The position numbers were made by a program, and so were the translations under genes. The notes below the pieces were generated by a model. That model did no database searches. It saw only the letters and a program-made list of their open reading frames with translations, and was not told the DNA's origin. Of a stretch of 64,000 nt of DNA, positions 37,785-50,910 are shown one piece after another. Origin of the DNA: Azolla caroliniana (lineage: Eukaryota; Plantae; Polypodiophyta); contig JBHGNT010000009.1 in assembly GCA_043228905.1 (NCBI GenBank), positions 18,104,001-18,168,000 on the forward strand, in the 5' to 3' direction. Position 1 is the stretch's first letter; every line of letters begins with the position of its first letter.

Positions 37785-38304
37785 CAAATGAGAAAAGAAA
37801 GGAAAACACACAGAAAGAAAGGTTTCCATTTCCATCAAAAAATTATGGGCAGCCATCCCATCCCATCGCATTTCATGTCATTTCATTTGTCCCACATACA
37901 ACGGCATACACGTAGAATGGGGGGTGGCAGGCATGAAGAAGAAGGAGAAGCCCACAATAATATGTATATGTAATGGACACACACAAACTTTGGGCCTAAA
38001 CGTCACAATACATGTAGAAATGGGAAGCCATATGCCCATCCCATATATCCCACATACAAATGGCATCTATCCCATATGTCCCACATACAATGGCATATGG
38101 CCACGAACCCTATAAATAGGGACTAGGGGGCCACTTGTGCTGCACATACAAAAATCATGGCTAAGAACAAAGTGCTCTTAGCTATGAAAAAGGCCATGGC
38201 TTGCATTGAGCAAGACGTGGCTTATTGCCTCTTACTCCTCTCCGTCCTCTCCGCCTTCAGAAAAGTGGAGCAAGAAAGAAGGGAAGAAAGGAGTAAGAAT
38301 AAGG

Positions 38305-38500
38305 CCAAAATATGGCCTCTCCCATAAATCGGGAGTGGCCATAACTGGTATAACGCCCATCAGGTGTCCAGGGGACACCACCCCCCCAAAACCCTAAACC
38401 CAAGGAGGAGTAAAAATATGGCCCCTCCCATAAATCGATTGTGGCCATAACTAGTATAACGCCCATTGGATGTTCATTGGACACCCCCCCCCCCCCCCCC
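38305..38500. repeat. Two ~105-bp direct repeats ending in C-runs
   Basis: AAAATATGGCC..CCCATAAATCG..GTGGCCATAACT.GTATAACGCCCAT occurs twice. Confidence 0.8.
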
Positions 38501-39034
38501 TTAATACACTCACCCAAATACTCTATACATCCAAAAAAAACCCCAAAACATGTGTGGAAATCACATGATTCCTCAAATCAATCCATTGTCCTTGTCATGC
38601 ATTCCCAATATATCAAGTTGTTTCAACCAAGCCTAATCCACCATGTCATCTATGTTGAATTGCTCCTCAAATCCAAACATACTTACATGAAATTTATTTC
38701 ACTATGACCCTATTCATCATAATTTGACCTAAAAACATGAAGATATACACTACTATTATTAGAACGGTTGTAACAAGGCGACAATCCTCTCCGATGAATA
38801 TCCCTTCCAATTCCACAATCTCTTTTATTCCCCTCATTCAAATTCTCGGCACAATCCTTCGTCTCACAAAGAAGGGTGGAACAAGGGCCCCAAAAACTCC
38901 CCCCCCAACCACGACAAACAAAAGTTATTAGGCTTGGATGGAATACGACAATTTTTTGCTCAAGTGGTGCAAACTCGGGGACTTTGATTTTGAGCAAACC
39001 ATTCTCCATGGTTGTGGCCCGCAAACTCACTTAA

Positions 39035-39500
39035 TAATATGTGTATGCATATATCCATATGTAATGTATGTATATATATATGATGCATGCATGTATGTAT
39101 GTATGTATGTATGTATCCGTATGACAATGTACACAATTTGATGTGTAAGGATGTGTGATTGTAATATGTGCATAATATTTGTGTATATATCTAATTTATG
39201 TATATGTAGCAATGTATAAATGAATATAGGTATGTCCATGTACGAATGTACATATGTGTATGCATATGTAATGTATGTATGTGTATGCATATATGTATAT
39301 GTCAATGTATATGAATGTGTGATTGTAATATATGCATATGCCATGTATGTATGTACATGCATGAATGTACATATGTGTACATATGTAATATGTAATGTAT
39401 GTATGATTGTATGTGTAACAGTGTATGCATATATGCATACATGAGTGTGTGGATGCTTGTTCGTAATATTTATGTATGTGTATGTATGTATGTATATATT
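39035..39500. repeat. Degenerate (TATG/TA/TG)n low-complexity tract
   Basis: Seen directly. Confidence 0.9.
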
Positions 39501-39504
39501 GTAG

Positions 39505-41045
39505 TTTTTTTTTAAAGAAGATATCCTGTCATTAGTGTAACGATTTTTACAAGATTTAAATTCTATGTGATTGGGAGGGGAAACAACCATTTCGGAGGTT
39601 GAAAATGCCAATAAGGAGTACCATAGTTGGTTGTCATGAATGGAGTAGCTTTCCATATAGTGATGAAGTCATGTCGTTGAGCAATTTTAGCATCAGAATC
39701 TCCAACAATACCATCCCATTGTCCCTTCAAAGTATGAACTATGTCTAACCAAATATTTGAAACCAATTCAGCCGGTGGTGTTTTAAGCTGATGGAAAATA
39801 AGAGACCACCTAACCTTCCAAATGTGATATATAGTGGTACTACTCAAAATCTCCCATACTGGTTGGACTTCCTTTCGTGTTCCTATAAATTGTAAAGACA
39901 ACAATGGTACTATATGGACACTTCCAAATTTAGTGTAAAATCCATGGTCCATAGATTTAGTGTCATAATGAAATGCATCATGGACAAGAGATGTCCAAAC
40001 CACCATGCCCCAAGTGAAAACCAATGGGGGGAAATAATTAGCAAAAATTCTAAGGAGACATTGTTATATCAGTTGAGACTCAGTACATTCCCATTAGCAA
40101 TATTTTTGAGTTTCCATTTGTAAATGGCATTGTGCACAGGTAGAATCTACTCCCATCCTATGCAACCATGTGCCAACTGGCAAGGCTCGGTGTACAAGTA
40201 ACCACTGTACATGCAATATTTGATGCGGTTGTTTTCTTGCCCATAATACCACCCAGAAGTTTGCAGGGAATGGGGGAGTAATACCTTGTTGATTCCAATA
40301 TTGAAATGCAATTGGCATCACATCTCATGTACATGTCTTCCTAACTGTACAGAATATTGGAAGAAATTAAACTTGTTACCCATAAAAGGATCTATCCATT
40401 GACAATCAACTAGATCCCATTCTAATCTGAATACCGGTTTTTTAGCCAACACCCACAACTTCCAATGTGTCTTTATTTCCTCGATCATTGGATCAATATA
40501 CCATTTCCGGTCAGCATATCCGATGACTCTTATCTTGTGTTCCATAGCATAAGAGTAATCTATCCTCATTTCCCCTGACTGTGTCAATTGGTTTGCTTCA
40601 TCCACGTCAAAAGATTGGTAGGTCTTATCATCTGAAGATCCCTTAACAGCCAAGAGTACTTCCAATCTTGAATAAACCCCAACCCATCTGTGTTTAGAGT
40701 TATTGGGTGGAATGGGGAATCTACTCATAGCATCTTGAATTTGTTGATACATTATTTTTCCACCATGCATACTACCTAGGATTTCTTTTTGTTCTTCCCA
40801 TGAACGTGATAAAAACGTTGCCATGTCTGAACTGTTTTTGCAGGACCTTCTGTCATTTGACCCCACGCTAACCATTGTCTAGAACCCAACACTAAACCAT
40901 CCAATGTTGTAAACAACGTATTCCAAACTATCCTTTGTTTGAGATACTTAAGATAATGTTTGGGTTTAGGATTATTGCGAAGCAAACCAGGTAATACTTG
41001 CTTCCATGTTGAAAATAATGTTCTAATAAAAGGTCTTGGCATCTA
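39505..41045 (-). mobile_element. 3' fragment of a LINE related to 1975-6708
   Basis: T-run at 39505-39513. WLLVHRALPVGTW, CAQC, IYHIWK and PKWLFPLP match the first LINE's C-terminal region. Confidence 0.85.
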
Positions 41046-41400
41046 TTTCTTTTAACATCCGGCAGATCAGAAATGTGTCGTTTCTCTATACCATTTTTGA
41101 AAAACCGTAACTAGAATTGTAAATATTCAATGTGTAACTGGTATAGTTTAAATGCCTATATTTTTTAGCATTGAAATATGTTGCTTGGAAAACCACAAGC
41201 TGTTGCTTTTGTGCTCAAAGGATTGCAAGTTCCTGTCCTGAGAGAGAGAGTGAAGGAGTCAATTGTATGTCGATATTTTATTAATGGGTTAAAGGTAGGT
41301 TATTGACCACGTTTTTGGACTTTGCTAATTTCATCTGAATGTAATTTGCAGATAAAGTGTGCTCCTGTGAATGGTTGTCATATTTGTGGCAATATGTTCC
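41041..41400. repeat. Dispersed duplicate of 48576-~48990
   Basis: Shared ATCTATTTCTTTTAACATCC..., GCTTGGAAAACCACAAGCTG and TGTAATTTGCAGA. Confidence 0.8.
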
Positions 41401-41439
41401 TATATGAGTGTTGCCAAAGACAAAGACATATGAGTGTTG

Positions 41440-41760
41440 CTAGTTCCACTCTTTTGGTGGAGAATGGAGTGGCATAAAGCACACTTTACAACCGAAGCAA
41501 GACTGAGCCACAACTGAGACTTTGTTTTGTCGTTAAAATACCGGAACTCTACATTGACATTAGAAGCGCAGAGAGGGCATGGTGGAAATGTCCAAAGGCC
41601 TATCTTGAAGGTGTCCAAAACCTTGAAATGGGTACTGGTCATTGGTGTGGTGAGACTCTTTTTAAACCCGCCTTCAGCATTTAGGAGGATCACATCCAAC
41701 TTTGCCTTTATCGCCTCAATGATCGTCGTGCCATTTGTCTGCTGTTGCAGCTCTTGTAGA
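41440..41760 (-). pseudogene. Dof-like zinc-finger exon fragment (left hairpin arm)
   Basis: ELQQQTNGT..LLNAEGG..TPMTST..CPLCASNVNVEFRYFN matches 53593-54441. Confidence 0.85.
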
Positions 41761-41764
41761 ACCT

Positions 41765-42020
41765 TGGAGGCAATGTTGGATACAATCCTCCTAAATGCCG
41801 AAGGCGGGTTAAAAAAAGAGGCAGACCACACCAATGACGACTACCCAACTCAAGGCTCTAGACACCTTCTTCAAGATGGGCCTTCCGACATCACCGCCAT
41901 GCCCTCTCTAGGCATCTAATGTCAATGTAGAATTCCAATATTTTAACAAAAGAACAAAGTCTCAGTTCGTTCAGCCTCACTTTGGGTTGCACAGTGTGGC
42001 TGCAACGTTTCTGGTCGACT
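41765..42020 (+). pseudogene. Dof-like zinc-finger exon fragment (right hairpin arm)
   Basis: LDTILLNAEGGLKK..FFKMGLP..ASNVNVEF..VQP, frameshifted. Confidence 0.85.
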
Positions 42021-44091
42021 TCTGGTGATCATATACATATATTCTTCACGTCAGAGGGTGGGGATTCTTGTTCTTGCAATTTCTTGCTTCTTCTGCTCAT
42101 TCGTTTCCTTCTCTCATGTGCAAGGGTTTGAGACTCTACACCCATGCTAGACTCTGCTACAAAGATTGTTTGGTTTTGTAAAGCTGTTGATGCAAAAGCC
42201 GAGCAGATGTTGTTCTATTTCCCTGAGTTTCTATAGCTCCATGGGAAGGCAATATCTGACTGTGTTTTCTTTTCTAGTTATGCAAAACGTGTTTCTGAGT
42301 ACTTCGGATGTGTGAAAAGAAATAAAATCAATTGAATTGAATTTAGTGGATGCTTCTTCACAATTTATGCCAATATCAATTCAACTCTGAAGGCACACTT
42401 TCATTTCTTTGTCTTCTTCTTACCTAGAATGGCCAAATGCAGATCAGAGAACACATACAACAAGAAGAAGGCCACATTACTCTAATTATGATTACAGTGA
42501 TTAGGGTTATCAGTACTCCACAAAGAAAAATTCTTGTAACTCAGATTGCCAGTTATGAAGTTATTATTATTATTATCATTATAGGTTTCTTGGATCACAC
42601 ACAGTGGTGAAGTGACCATTGCGAGTCCTCACAGATATGATAGAGCTCTCCTCGGATCAAGAAAGAAGGATTGTACAACCAAAAGAAGATGGGCAACAAC
42701 CCATTCATGGATACGTAATGGTGGACATGGGAGTGAAATGTCACTATAAACCAATATATCCATAATCCAAGCAGTTCCACAAATGCATATGTAACAAGTG
42801 AGGTTGGAATCATTCACTATTTTAAAGACTAGATGTCAGATTTTCCTTCAGCCTTTAAGGTATAAGTCACACTATCATATTTTTGTGACAGCTTCAAAAC
42901 TATGTACCAGGTTTTAGTTGTAGAGCATATGTTATTGTTTAAAACCCTCTCAAGGGGTGGTAGAAATAAAGGACCTTTGATCTCTCCCACATGAACTTGA
43001 ATCCATAATAGCATTATACACCATATGAAACTTAAACAATTTTTGCAAGTCTGGGTTCCCAAAAGTTGTTAGTTTCCCTATTCGGTAACGAGAACGATGG
43101 ATGGCAAAATAGTACCTCAAAGCACGTCCCCTCCTTAAAAGTGTGATTAGCACCAACCTTATCAAGCAAAACATACTTTGGCATTTTGTCCCTAGGACAT
43201 CAAACCAAGGATATAGGCACGTTGTACCTAGTTCTAAACCATATGAATGAAGGTTGTGGAGGTGAATATTTTGTAGTTGGTTGACGAGTAGAAGAGAAGT
43301 AATAATCTGATGCACAGATTCATCAAACAGAAACGCATTATTGGTGGAGGCACAAGCTACAAAAAAAATCTCTCAAACACGATGAAAGTGCCTAGACATG
43401 CATCACAACACTTGAAAAGGGAGAGAGGTCATCAAATAAGCCAATAGTACACATGTGGGCATGTTGGAATGCATTAGGTTGCATATTCCACCACATAAAA
43501 TAGTTCTATCAACAATAATATTTGATCGATCAAAGTGTAGACTACGTAATAATAGTGTGAGTGCATTAGTTTGTATATTTGGCCACCAGATAATAGGATT
43601 GAGAATGAAGATATGACAAAAGGGCCATATAATTGTTGCATAAACCAACTGCCATCACTTCATGGATAGTGATAGGCCCAAGCAACCCATCCCACTCCAT
43701 GGCCATGATGACTAAATGCATAGTCTAAGTGACATATTGTATCTAGGATGAAAATTTTAATGGAAGATTGGATCAATGCAACTGAATTGAATAAATCAAT
43801 ATGCTAACATGACCCCATTCCTTCTTATTGATAGTCCAATGTGATCTACCATACGTGCATTCACATTTGAGAATGATTCAATGAAACGTGTATGGTAAAT
43901 CATCTCAAAGTTGGGAAAAAAATAAAGATTGGAATTTCAAAAAATTCACTATGGTCTATCTTATATATTGATTGAATCAAATGTCAACACAATTGAAAGT
44001 TCAAAACCTAGGAATTACTTAACTACTAAATATTAGAAAGCACGAACATAAAAATCATATAATTCAAAGACATAATTGTATTGATGATGAG

Positions 44092-44152
44092 CTCATCTTG
44101 CAATTATCGATGTTCTCATCTTGCAACTATCGATGTTCTCATCTTGCAACTA
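44092..44152. repeat. 23-bp tandem repeat, about 2.7 copies
   Basis: Unit CTCATCTTGCAAYTATCGATGTT. Confidence 0.85.
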
Positions 44153-44344
44153 GTGAAGGTATCAATTTCTTCACTTTAGAAATTTACAAAAAAATGAGTA
44201 TGAATTATAGAGATTGAATAAAAAGATGTCATTATACATTATAATCAAACGTTGAAAACCTCATAAAACGTATATTCGAGAATATGAAGGAAACATGAGA
44301 CTAACATAAAATTTTATTATGACATCACACTAAAGAGAGAGATT

Positions 44345-44422
44345 TAGGGAGAAAATTGGAATTCGAACCCAAGACATACATAGGTGATAGTAGCACAACA
44401 ACTTACCACTAGGGTGAGCTCA
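44345..44422 (-). mobile_element. Possible tRNA-derived SINE relic
   Basis: Minus-strand B box GGGTTCGAATTCC, with an A-box-like ...TAGTGGT upstream. Confidence 0.35.
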
Positions 44423-45737
44423 TTATCAATAATAGAAAAGGATAAATAAGAAAAAACAAGAAACACCTATTTTTCCTTTTTCTAACGTTTGTATGCTTGC
44501 ACGAACACATTTATTACGTTATATGGATCTAACCATCTCTCAGAACAAACTTGGGGAAGGTAACAATGTGTGAATTTACTAATATGTTAGGCCATGGCCT
44601 GATTGCCATCCATTGACGTTCCTTTATGTCCACGAATGTGAAACTCGCGACATGTCCATGATATCTAATGCATGTCCATGATATGTATCTCATGCATGGC
44701 ATGTAATCCCATCATCTCATTAATATTTACACAAACAAAAAATAATTCAAATGATTCCACTTCATTTATTTCATGTATTTATTCATTTAATGGCTTGAAC
44801 GTACAAAAAGTCTGCGAAAGAAGCAGCAATAGAATAAGAAGAAGAAGTAGCTCATTATCTTGTTCCTGCTTTTCTCCATCTCCATCCTCACTGATCCTCC
44901 AAATCATGATAATAAAGATGTTGTCACAAATGGATCAGCAAGTACATACCCTTAGTATCTTTAGCTATAAATACTTTAATGTTGGTGCTTGCGTACTTGA
45001 TTGACTAACATCTAGTATGCCACTTCTTTCAAAATACGAGAGAATGCTCCTAATTTAGGAGTTGAGAAGTATTCTGGGTTTTTGTTAACCACTAGGAAAT
45101 ATTTTTGGAAAAGTCATACGAATCTCGTCTTAGGTGGAGTTTTCATGCATTCACTCATCCTGCTCTCTTGCACTTTCTTGCACTCGCTTGAACACACCTC
45201 CACATAAGCTTTCTCTATTCCTCCTACTTCTATCTTTCTTGCTTATATTGGTGTGTGTGCTAATGCATTCATCATCGTGGACGAGTACTAGGAACAAGGA
45301 CAAAAGTGAAGGGATTTAATGTCAATCACATACATATTTAAATGTGTTGGAAGTAAGCTCAAGCTTGGAGTATGTTACATTGTCCATTTTAATATAGAGA
45401 ATGGATATATTGACATAAGACTAGACCAATCAAAGTTTGGATTAAGTAATCACACCCTGAGTGCATTAGTTTGTATATTTTCTTGCATACGATTCGAGGG
45501 AGATAGGATCGAGGGGTGTCGGGACATATAGTAATTACTTCATGGATTGACACTCCCAAACACCCAACATGATGGGCATGATGACTGCATGCATAATCAA
45601 GTTGCATATCTCGTCTAGGATGCAGGGTTTGACGGAAGATTAGATTTAAGATGACTCGACTCTATAGATAAAATGATAACATGAACCTAGTCCTCCTTAA
45701 AGCTCTCCTGACCAAACGAAATCTCAAAACACATCAG

Positions 45738-45783
<46 letters not shown>

Positions 45784-45842
45784 GCAAATGTCCTTGAAAC
45801 TCATGCTTTTGTTCATGTCTCCTCATGCATATTGATATAAAT

Positions 45843-46148
45843 TTATAATTGCTTTTGTTCATATGTTATGTTATGTATGTATTAACTAGCGATGATGATG
45901 TACCATCCACCCCCATTGATAGATGGGTCATCATGGTCATGCATGAGCTGGTTTATATTGATATAAATTTATAATATAAACCAGCTCATGGCATGCATGC
46001 ATGACCATGATGACCATGACATGCATGGGGGGTGGATGGTAAGTACATATATCATCCATCCCATCATCTCTACTTAATACATACATGCATACATACATAC
46101 ATACAATTAATACATACGTACATATTTACAAAATCAAAAGCAAATTAT
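45843..46148. repeat. Imperfect ~300-bp inverted repeat (fold-back)
   Basis: Perfect 18-bp inner stem at 45942-45959 / 45973-45990, with outer complementary blocks. Confidence 0.8.
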
Positions 46149-46389
46149 GGTCTCGAATGAATGAATGATTCCTCTCTCTCTCTCTCTCTCTCTCTCATCA
46201 CATTCAATGAAATGCTTTGCCGCCTTTCATTCATCTCTGATTCCTCTTCTATCCCATGAAAAGCCTGCTGCAGCATTCTGTCTGCCATGAAGAAGATGTC
46301 ATCATCATCATCATCATCATCATCTCACTCTCTCTGTCTCTGTCTCTGTGTTTCAGTGGAGGTGAGGTAGCCATTGATTGGTAGCATTC

Positions 46390-46448
<59 letters not shown>

Positions 46449-49299
46449 TTACTATTGATCGATCAAGCCAAGTGCCTTTCTTCTTCAAATGGATACAGTT
46501 GTTGATCTCCTAAACCTACCTGCAGTATGATCCTCCTCACGTCAAGAACAAATCCACGCATTAAACTGTACATGACACACACACACACGCACACACACAC
46601 ACACACAGACAACTTGGAGGTCTACTAACTCCTCCATGATTTACCAAGCTTGTCCTCGCGACTTGACTTACGCAGAAAACTCTTTCAGTCTTATTTGCAT
46701 CACAAGTGTCTCCATAAGACTATTGGCTTCGGTTTCAGAGAAGAAATTAGTTTTGAGGGTACAATTGGAGGACCAAGAACTTGATTTTGCCTTTGCCTGA
46801 ACCTGCAGAACCAGCTTTCCATCACTCGTGAACGTGAAATCTCCTGCAGCACTTTCTACTCACTTCTTTTTCCCAATGCTCAACACTATTTCGCACGAAT
46901 TCAACGGAGTGATTAAACGAACCTTCCCATTTTCTGCAACATAAAGATGGATGTAAATATCTTCTTCTTCTACTTCTGAATGAGATTATCTCAAGCGCAT
47001 CAAGTCTAACAAGCTCTACTTCCCCATCTCCTGTGACAAGGTATTGTCCTTTGTACCATCTTTTGGATAAACCCCAACGGAAGCCTGAAGTCTTGATCTT
47101 TCTCGCTTTTCTCTCATTGAACCTTCGATGTTTTTTTTGTTCCTCTTATTTTTCAGGTCCATTTGATTTATTCATCTTCTTATAACATCGCTTTTCTACG
47201 CGTGGATAAAATACTGTAAGTAAAAAACAATTCCTTTTCCCTCCGTTCATTATCTGTACAGGAAATCTCCGTTCGTGTATTACTACAAGTCAAAATTTGA
47301 GTTTGGGAAGTTTCTTTGATTTATCTCTTTACATTCGGGTGATATTGTTTGTGGAGTTTTGGACAAAACGTCGTTTTGATTCATCCAATCAGAGGCATTT
47401 CAAGGATTTTCGTTTTTGGCGTTCATTGATTATTCGAGAAAAATTTCTTTTGAAAAATCTGTTTGATTTTTTTCTCATGTTATTTTGTGGAGAGTATGTT
47501 CTCATTGAAGATAAAGACACTCGTTTGAGTTTCTTTTCATATGATTTTTCTTTTGGTAATGTTCATGCTTTACTCCCAATCAAAATTTGGTCCAACCATT
47601 CCTTTGCATCGTATTGTGGAACTCCGTTTTTCTTTCATATGAAAAACTAGGGAAATTCGTGTGTTCATGCATGCCATTCTGTTTATGGATGTTCATCCGT
47701 CCAAGACATCCAAAGGGGGACATATCAAGGATTCTCGTTTTGCTATTCATTTAGTGTGAGTAAAGTCCGTTTGATTTGGTCCTCTTTATCTATTTAGACT
47801 AGACATCAATCAACATCCCTTTGGTTCATCCAAATTGCACTAGTTTAATGATAAGCATATTGTGGAACTTCATTCTGCCCCCAGAAGATGATCTCCTTGG
47901 AGTACCATCTTATCACCTCTAATATTTAGTGTCTTTAGCTGTTAGGAGGATTTTCCTAATCTTGAACTAAATGTCATTAACCAATAATTAAAAAGGAACA
48001 AATGATTATATTCAATTTCATAGAACGTTCAAACGATAGAGTAAAGTGGCATGTCTCTTGCATCCTGACATGGAGAACCTCAATGCTAAATGATTAAGCA
48101 AGGTTTCTAGGGCTAGGCACCTCTACACCGACATTGTAAGGCTATTTTATGTGTTGCTTTTCTGAATAAAACATGGATTTTTTAGTTGCGTTGAAGGTCA
48201 ACAATGACGTGTTGTATGCCTTTGATGGTTTGTATAAACCAAGAACTTTGATATCTAGGAGACAACAAGATATTATGCTCTTTCTGTCTAACATTTCTGG
48301 AGTTTGGGTATTTAATATTTGCTGTTACTAGAAATCCATAGGTTTTCAGATTATTGTACCATATCATTTATGCCTCCAGTCTTCCTAGCTTGTGCATATA
48401 CTTGACCCTCAGCCTCTATGCTAAATAATCAATGAAAGAGTGGAAAATTTGTTCCTTGTACGTGATGTTTATGCAACAGGAATAACTCATTTGTTGGTTA
48501 AAGAATCATTTGTTAGTAAGGATCATTGTATGTATGCCTTCATTCTTCCTAGTTGTATCAATAAAAGGTCATGTCATCTATTTCTTTTAACATCCAGCAG
48601 ATCAGAAATGTGGCCTTTTTGTGCAACATTTTTGAAAAACGAGTGACTACTAATGTCAACATTAAATGCGTAACTGGTATTTTGCTCTAATGCCTGTATT
48701 TTTTGTTGCATTCAAATCTTTTGAGCTTGGAAAACCACAAGCTGTAGCTTTTGTGCTGAAGGATAGCATGTTCGTGTCATAATAAAGATAGAGAGAGAGA
48801 GGGAGAGGGAGAGCGATGGAGTAAATACCATGTCTATATTTCATTAATGACTTAAAGGGAGGTTGTTGACCACATGTTTGTTACTTGCTCGGTTCATCTA
48901 TTTGTAATTTGCAGACAAAGTGTGCCCCTGTGAAAATGTTTTTTGGATATGGGGCTGAATGGTTGTCCCACTTGTGGTAATATGTTCCTGTATGGGACTG
49001 GGACGGGGATTGAATGGTTGTTCTTTGGTTGAGTATGCTATCATTTGAGCCGGCTCACGCACATTTTTAGGGATAGATGTCATGGTTTAGCAATTATATG
49101 TAATGACCAAGAATGGAATCATTCAAGGGCATGATAGATGTCGTGTCTAGCCCATGTTGAAGTTCAAAATTAAGAGACTCAACATGTTGGTGGCAGGCCG
49201 TCAATTCTTTGTTGAAGATAATTGAGAACCAAGGAAACACTCCTTTTCTGACTTATTTAAGAATGGAAGTCTCGTGTTTTCTATCCACAGAAATATAAG

Positions 49300-50910
49300 T
49301 ATTGGAAATACATATATTACCTTATAGAGTAATGGTCCATAGTACGTAATATACTTGAATGCATTGGCAAACATTCTTTTTCATTCGAATGCAACCGAAT
49401 GTGTATGATACAACTTTCCCACAAAGAGATGGGCTTGAAAGGTTCTTTTGGCAAACCATGGACTAGATTATTACATTGTAATGTTTTTAGAGCATTGAAA
49501 TGCATATGGCCTAGACGAAAGTGCAAAAGAGAAGAAAGAGAATGAAGATTGGTTAAAGATATGGATGATTGTATTGGGGTAGAATGATGTGCATCTAAAT
49601 GAGAGATATAGAAATGCATTTTATGGGATATAATCCTCATTTGCAACAAGTTCTAATAAGTTCTGCATTTGTGGCTTTGTGTTTAGTAATAGCATGGTTA
49701 GAATTAAATTCAATGATAGTACCATTTGTGGTTGCTTGACTAACCAATAACACGTGTTTGGTGATTCCTGGGACATAGAGAACTTCATTGATTGTGAAAT
49801 GTCTTGCTAATACCTTGTTGAGTCCCATTGTTACCAAATCTTACTATGATAGGGGGTTGAGCTTCAGTATAATTATATAACCAATCTTTTCCATGAGTTA
49901 AGTGGTTAGTAGCGCCAATGTCAAGATACCATATGTCATTTTTTCATCGCTTGGATTTGGAGTCGTGATGGGAAGTGATTTGACAGTGAATGCTTGAAGA
50001 ACATCGTCATACTTGTCACCAGTTTGATATCCCTCTCTTACGTCTTTATCATCATTCATTTCTTCTTCAACAAGATGGGCTTGTACATGCCTCCAAGGTT
50101 GACATGCCTCCAAGGTTGATAATTCTTGAAACTTGACTTTGAGCGCCAATCTTTTGTTGTATGATTAGTAAGTTTGCATATTTTATAATAGGTATTGTTG
50201 AATCACATTCCTTCTAGTTTAGTGTTTTGATCTTTCTTTATCCATGGCTTTGAGCTTTCTCTTCTTTGGTTGAACCTTTTATTTTTGTATGCTATCATTG
50301 CCATGCTTGGAGTTGAATTTGAAGTCCTTTGTGAACGCATTATTTCTTCCTATCTAATATTTGCAAGAAGATCAATTAAAGTTGAATAGTTTATAAAGTT
50401 TTGGGTGGTTCGGACGGTGGGCCGTGAGGGAGAAAGAGCACCAAGAAGGAGAATCTTTTGTAATTTACCATGGATTTCTAATCCCGAAGTTAACACATCA
50501 TCGAATTTCTTTTGCCATATTTAAAGAAATTCACCAACCGGTTGTTCGTCAATCATTTTGTAATTGACGAGTGCTTGAAGTGTATGAGCTCGTTGGGCAT
50601 CGTTTTTTTTGTTCGTCGATAGTTTGCAAATGCTTTCACATTTCTTGGGCCATCTCCATTTTTCGCACGTTTTGCTGATGCCGTCACTTACGTGCATTAG
50701 AATTTCCATTCTTGCGCATAGGTCTTTTTCCTCATATTCTTTAAGTTCTTCTCCTTTTTCAGGTTTTGTTGATGATCTTGAAATTATGTCCCATAGTTTA
50801 TTATATTTAAAGAGTAATTCTAATCTTCCCTACCATATTCGATAATTTGTGTCTGACAGTTTGTCGATTGTAAATTTTCACATGTTGGGTTGCGACGATG
50901 ACATGGATTG
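49300..50910 (-). mobile_element. Highly degraded Copia relic (gag to GAG-pre-integrase)
   Basis: LYVPGIT..LLVSQ, LHFRLGH..VHGLP and NYRIW..LWDII motifs. Confidence 0.7.

Noticed and set aside
38389-38402. AAACCCTAAACCC as a telomeric array
   Set aside because: Fewer than two full units.
39027-39656. 209-aa His/Thr/Tyr-rich ORF
   Set aside because: Translation of a low-complexity TA/TG tract.
42550-45700. Short ORFs and a diverged repeat pair (43400-43830 and 45300-45700)
   Set aside because: Probably old transposon debris; no motif I can assign.
46250-47100. Possible minus-strand gene fragments among microsatellites
   Set aside because: Could not assemble an open spliced frame or recognise a domain.
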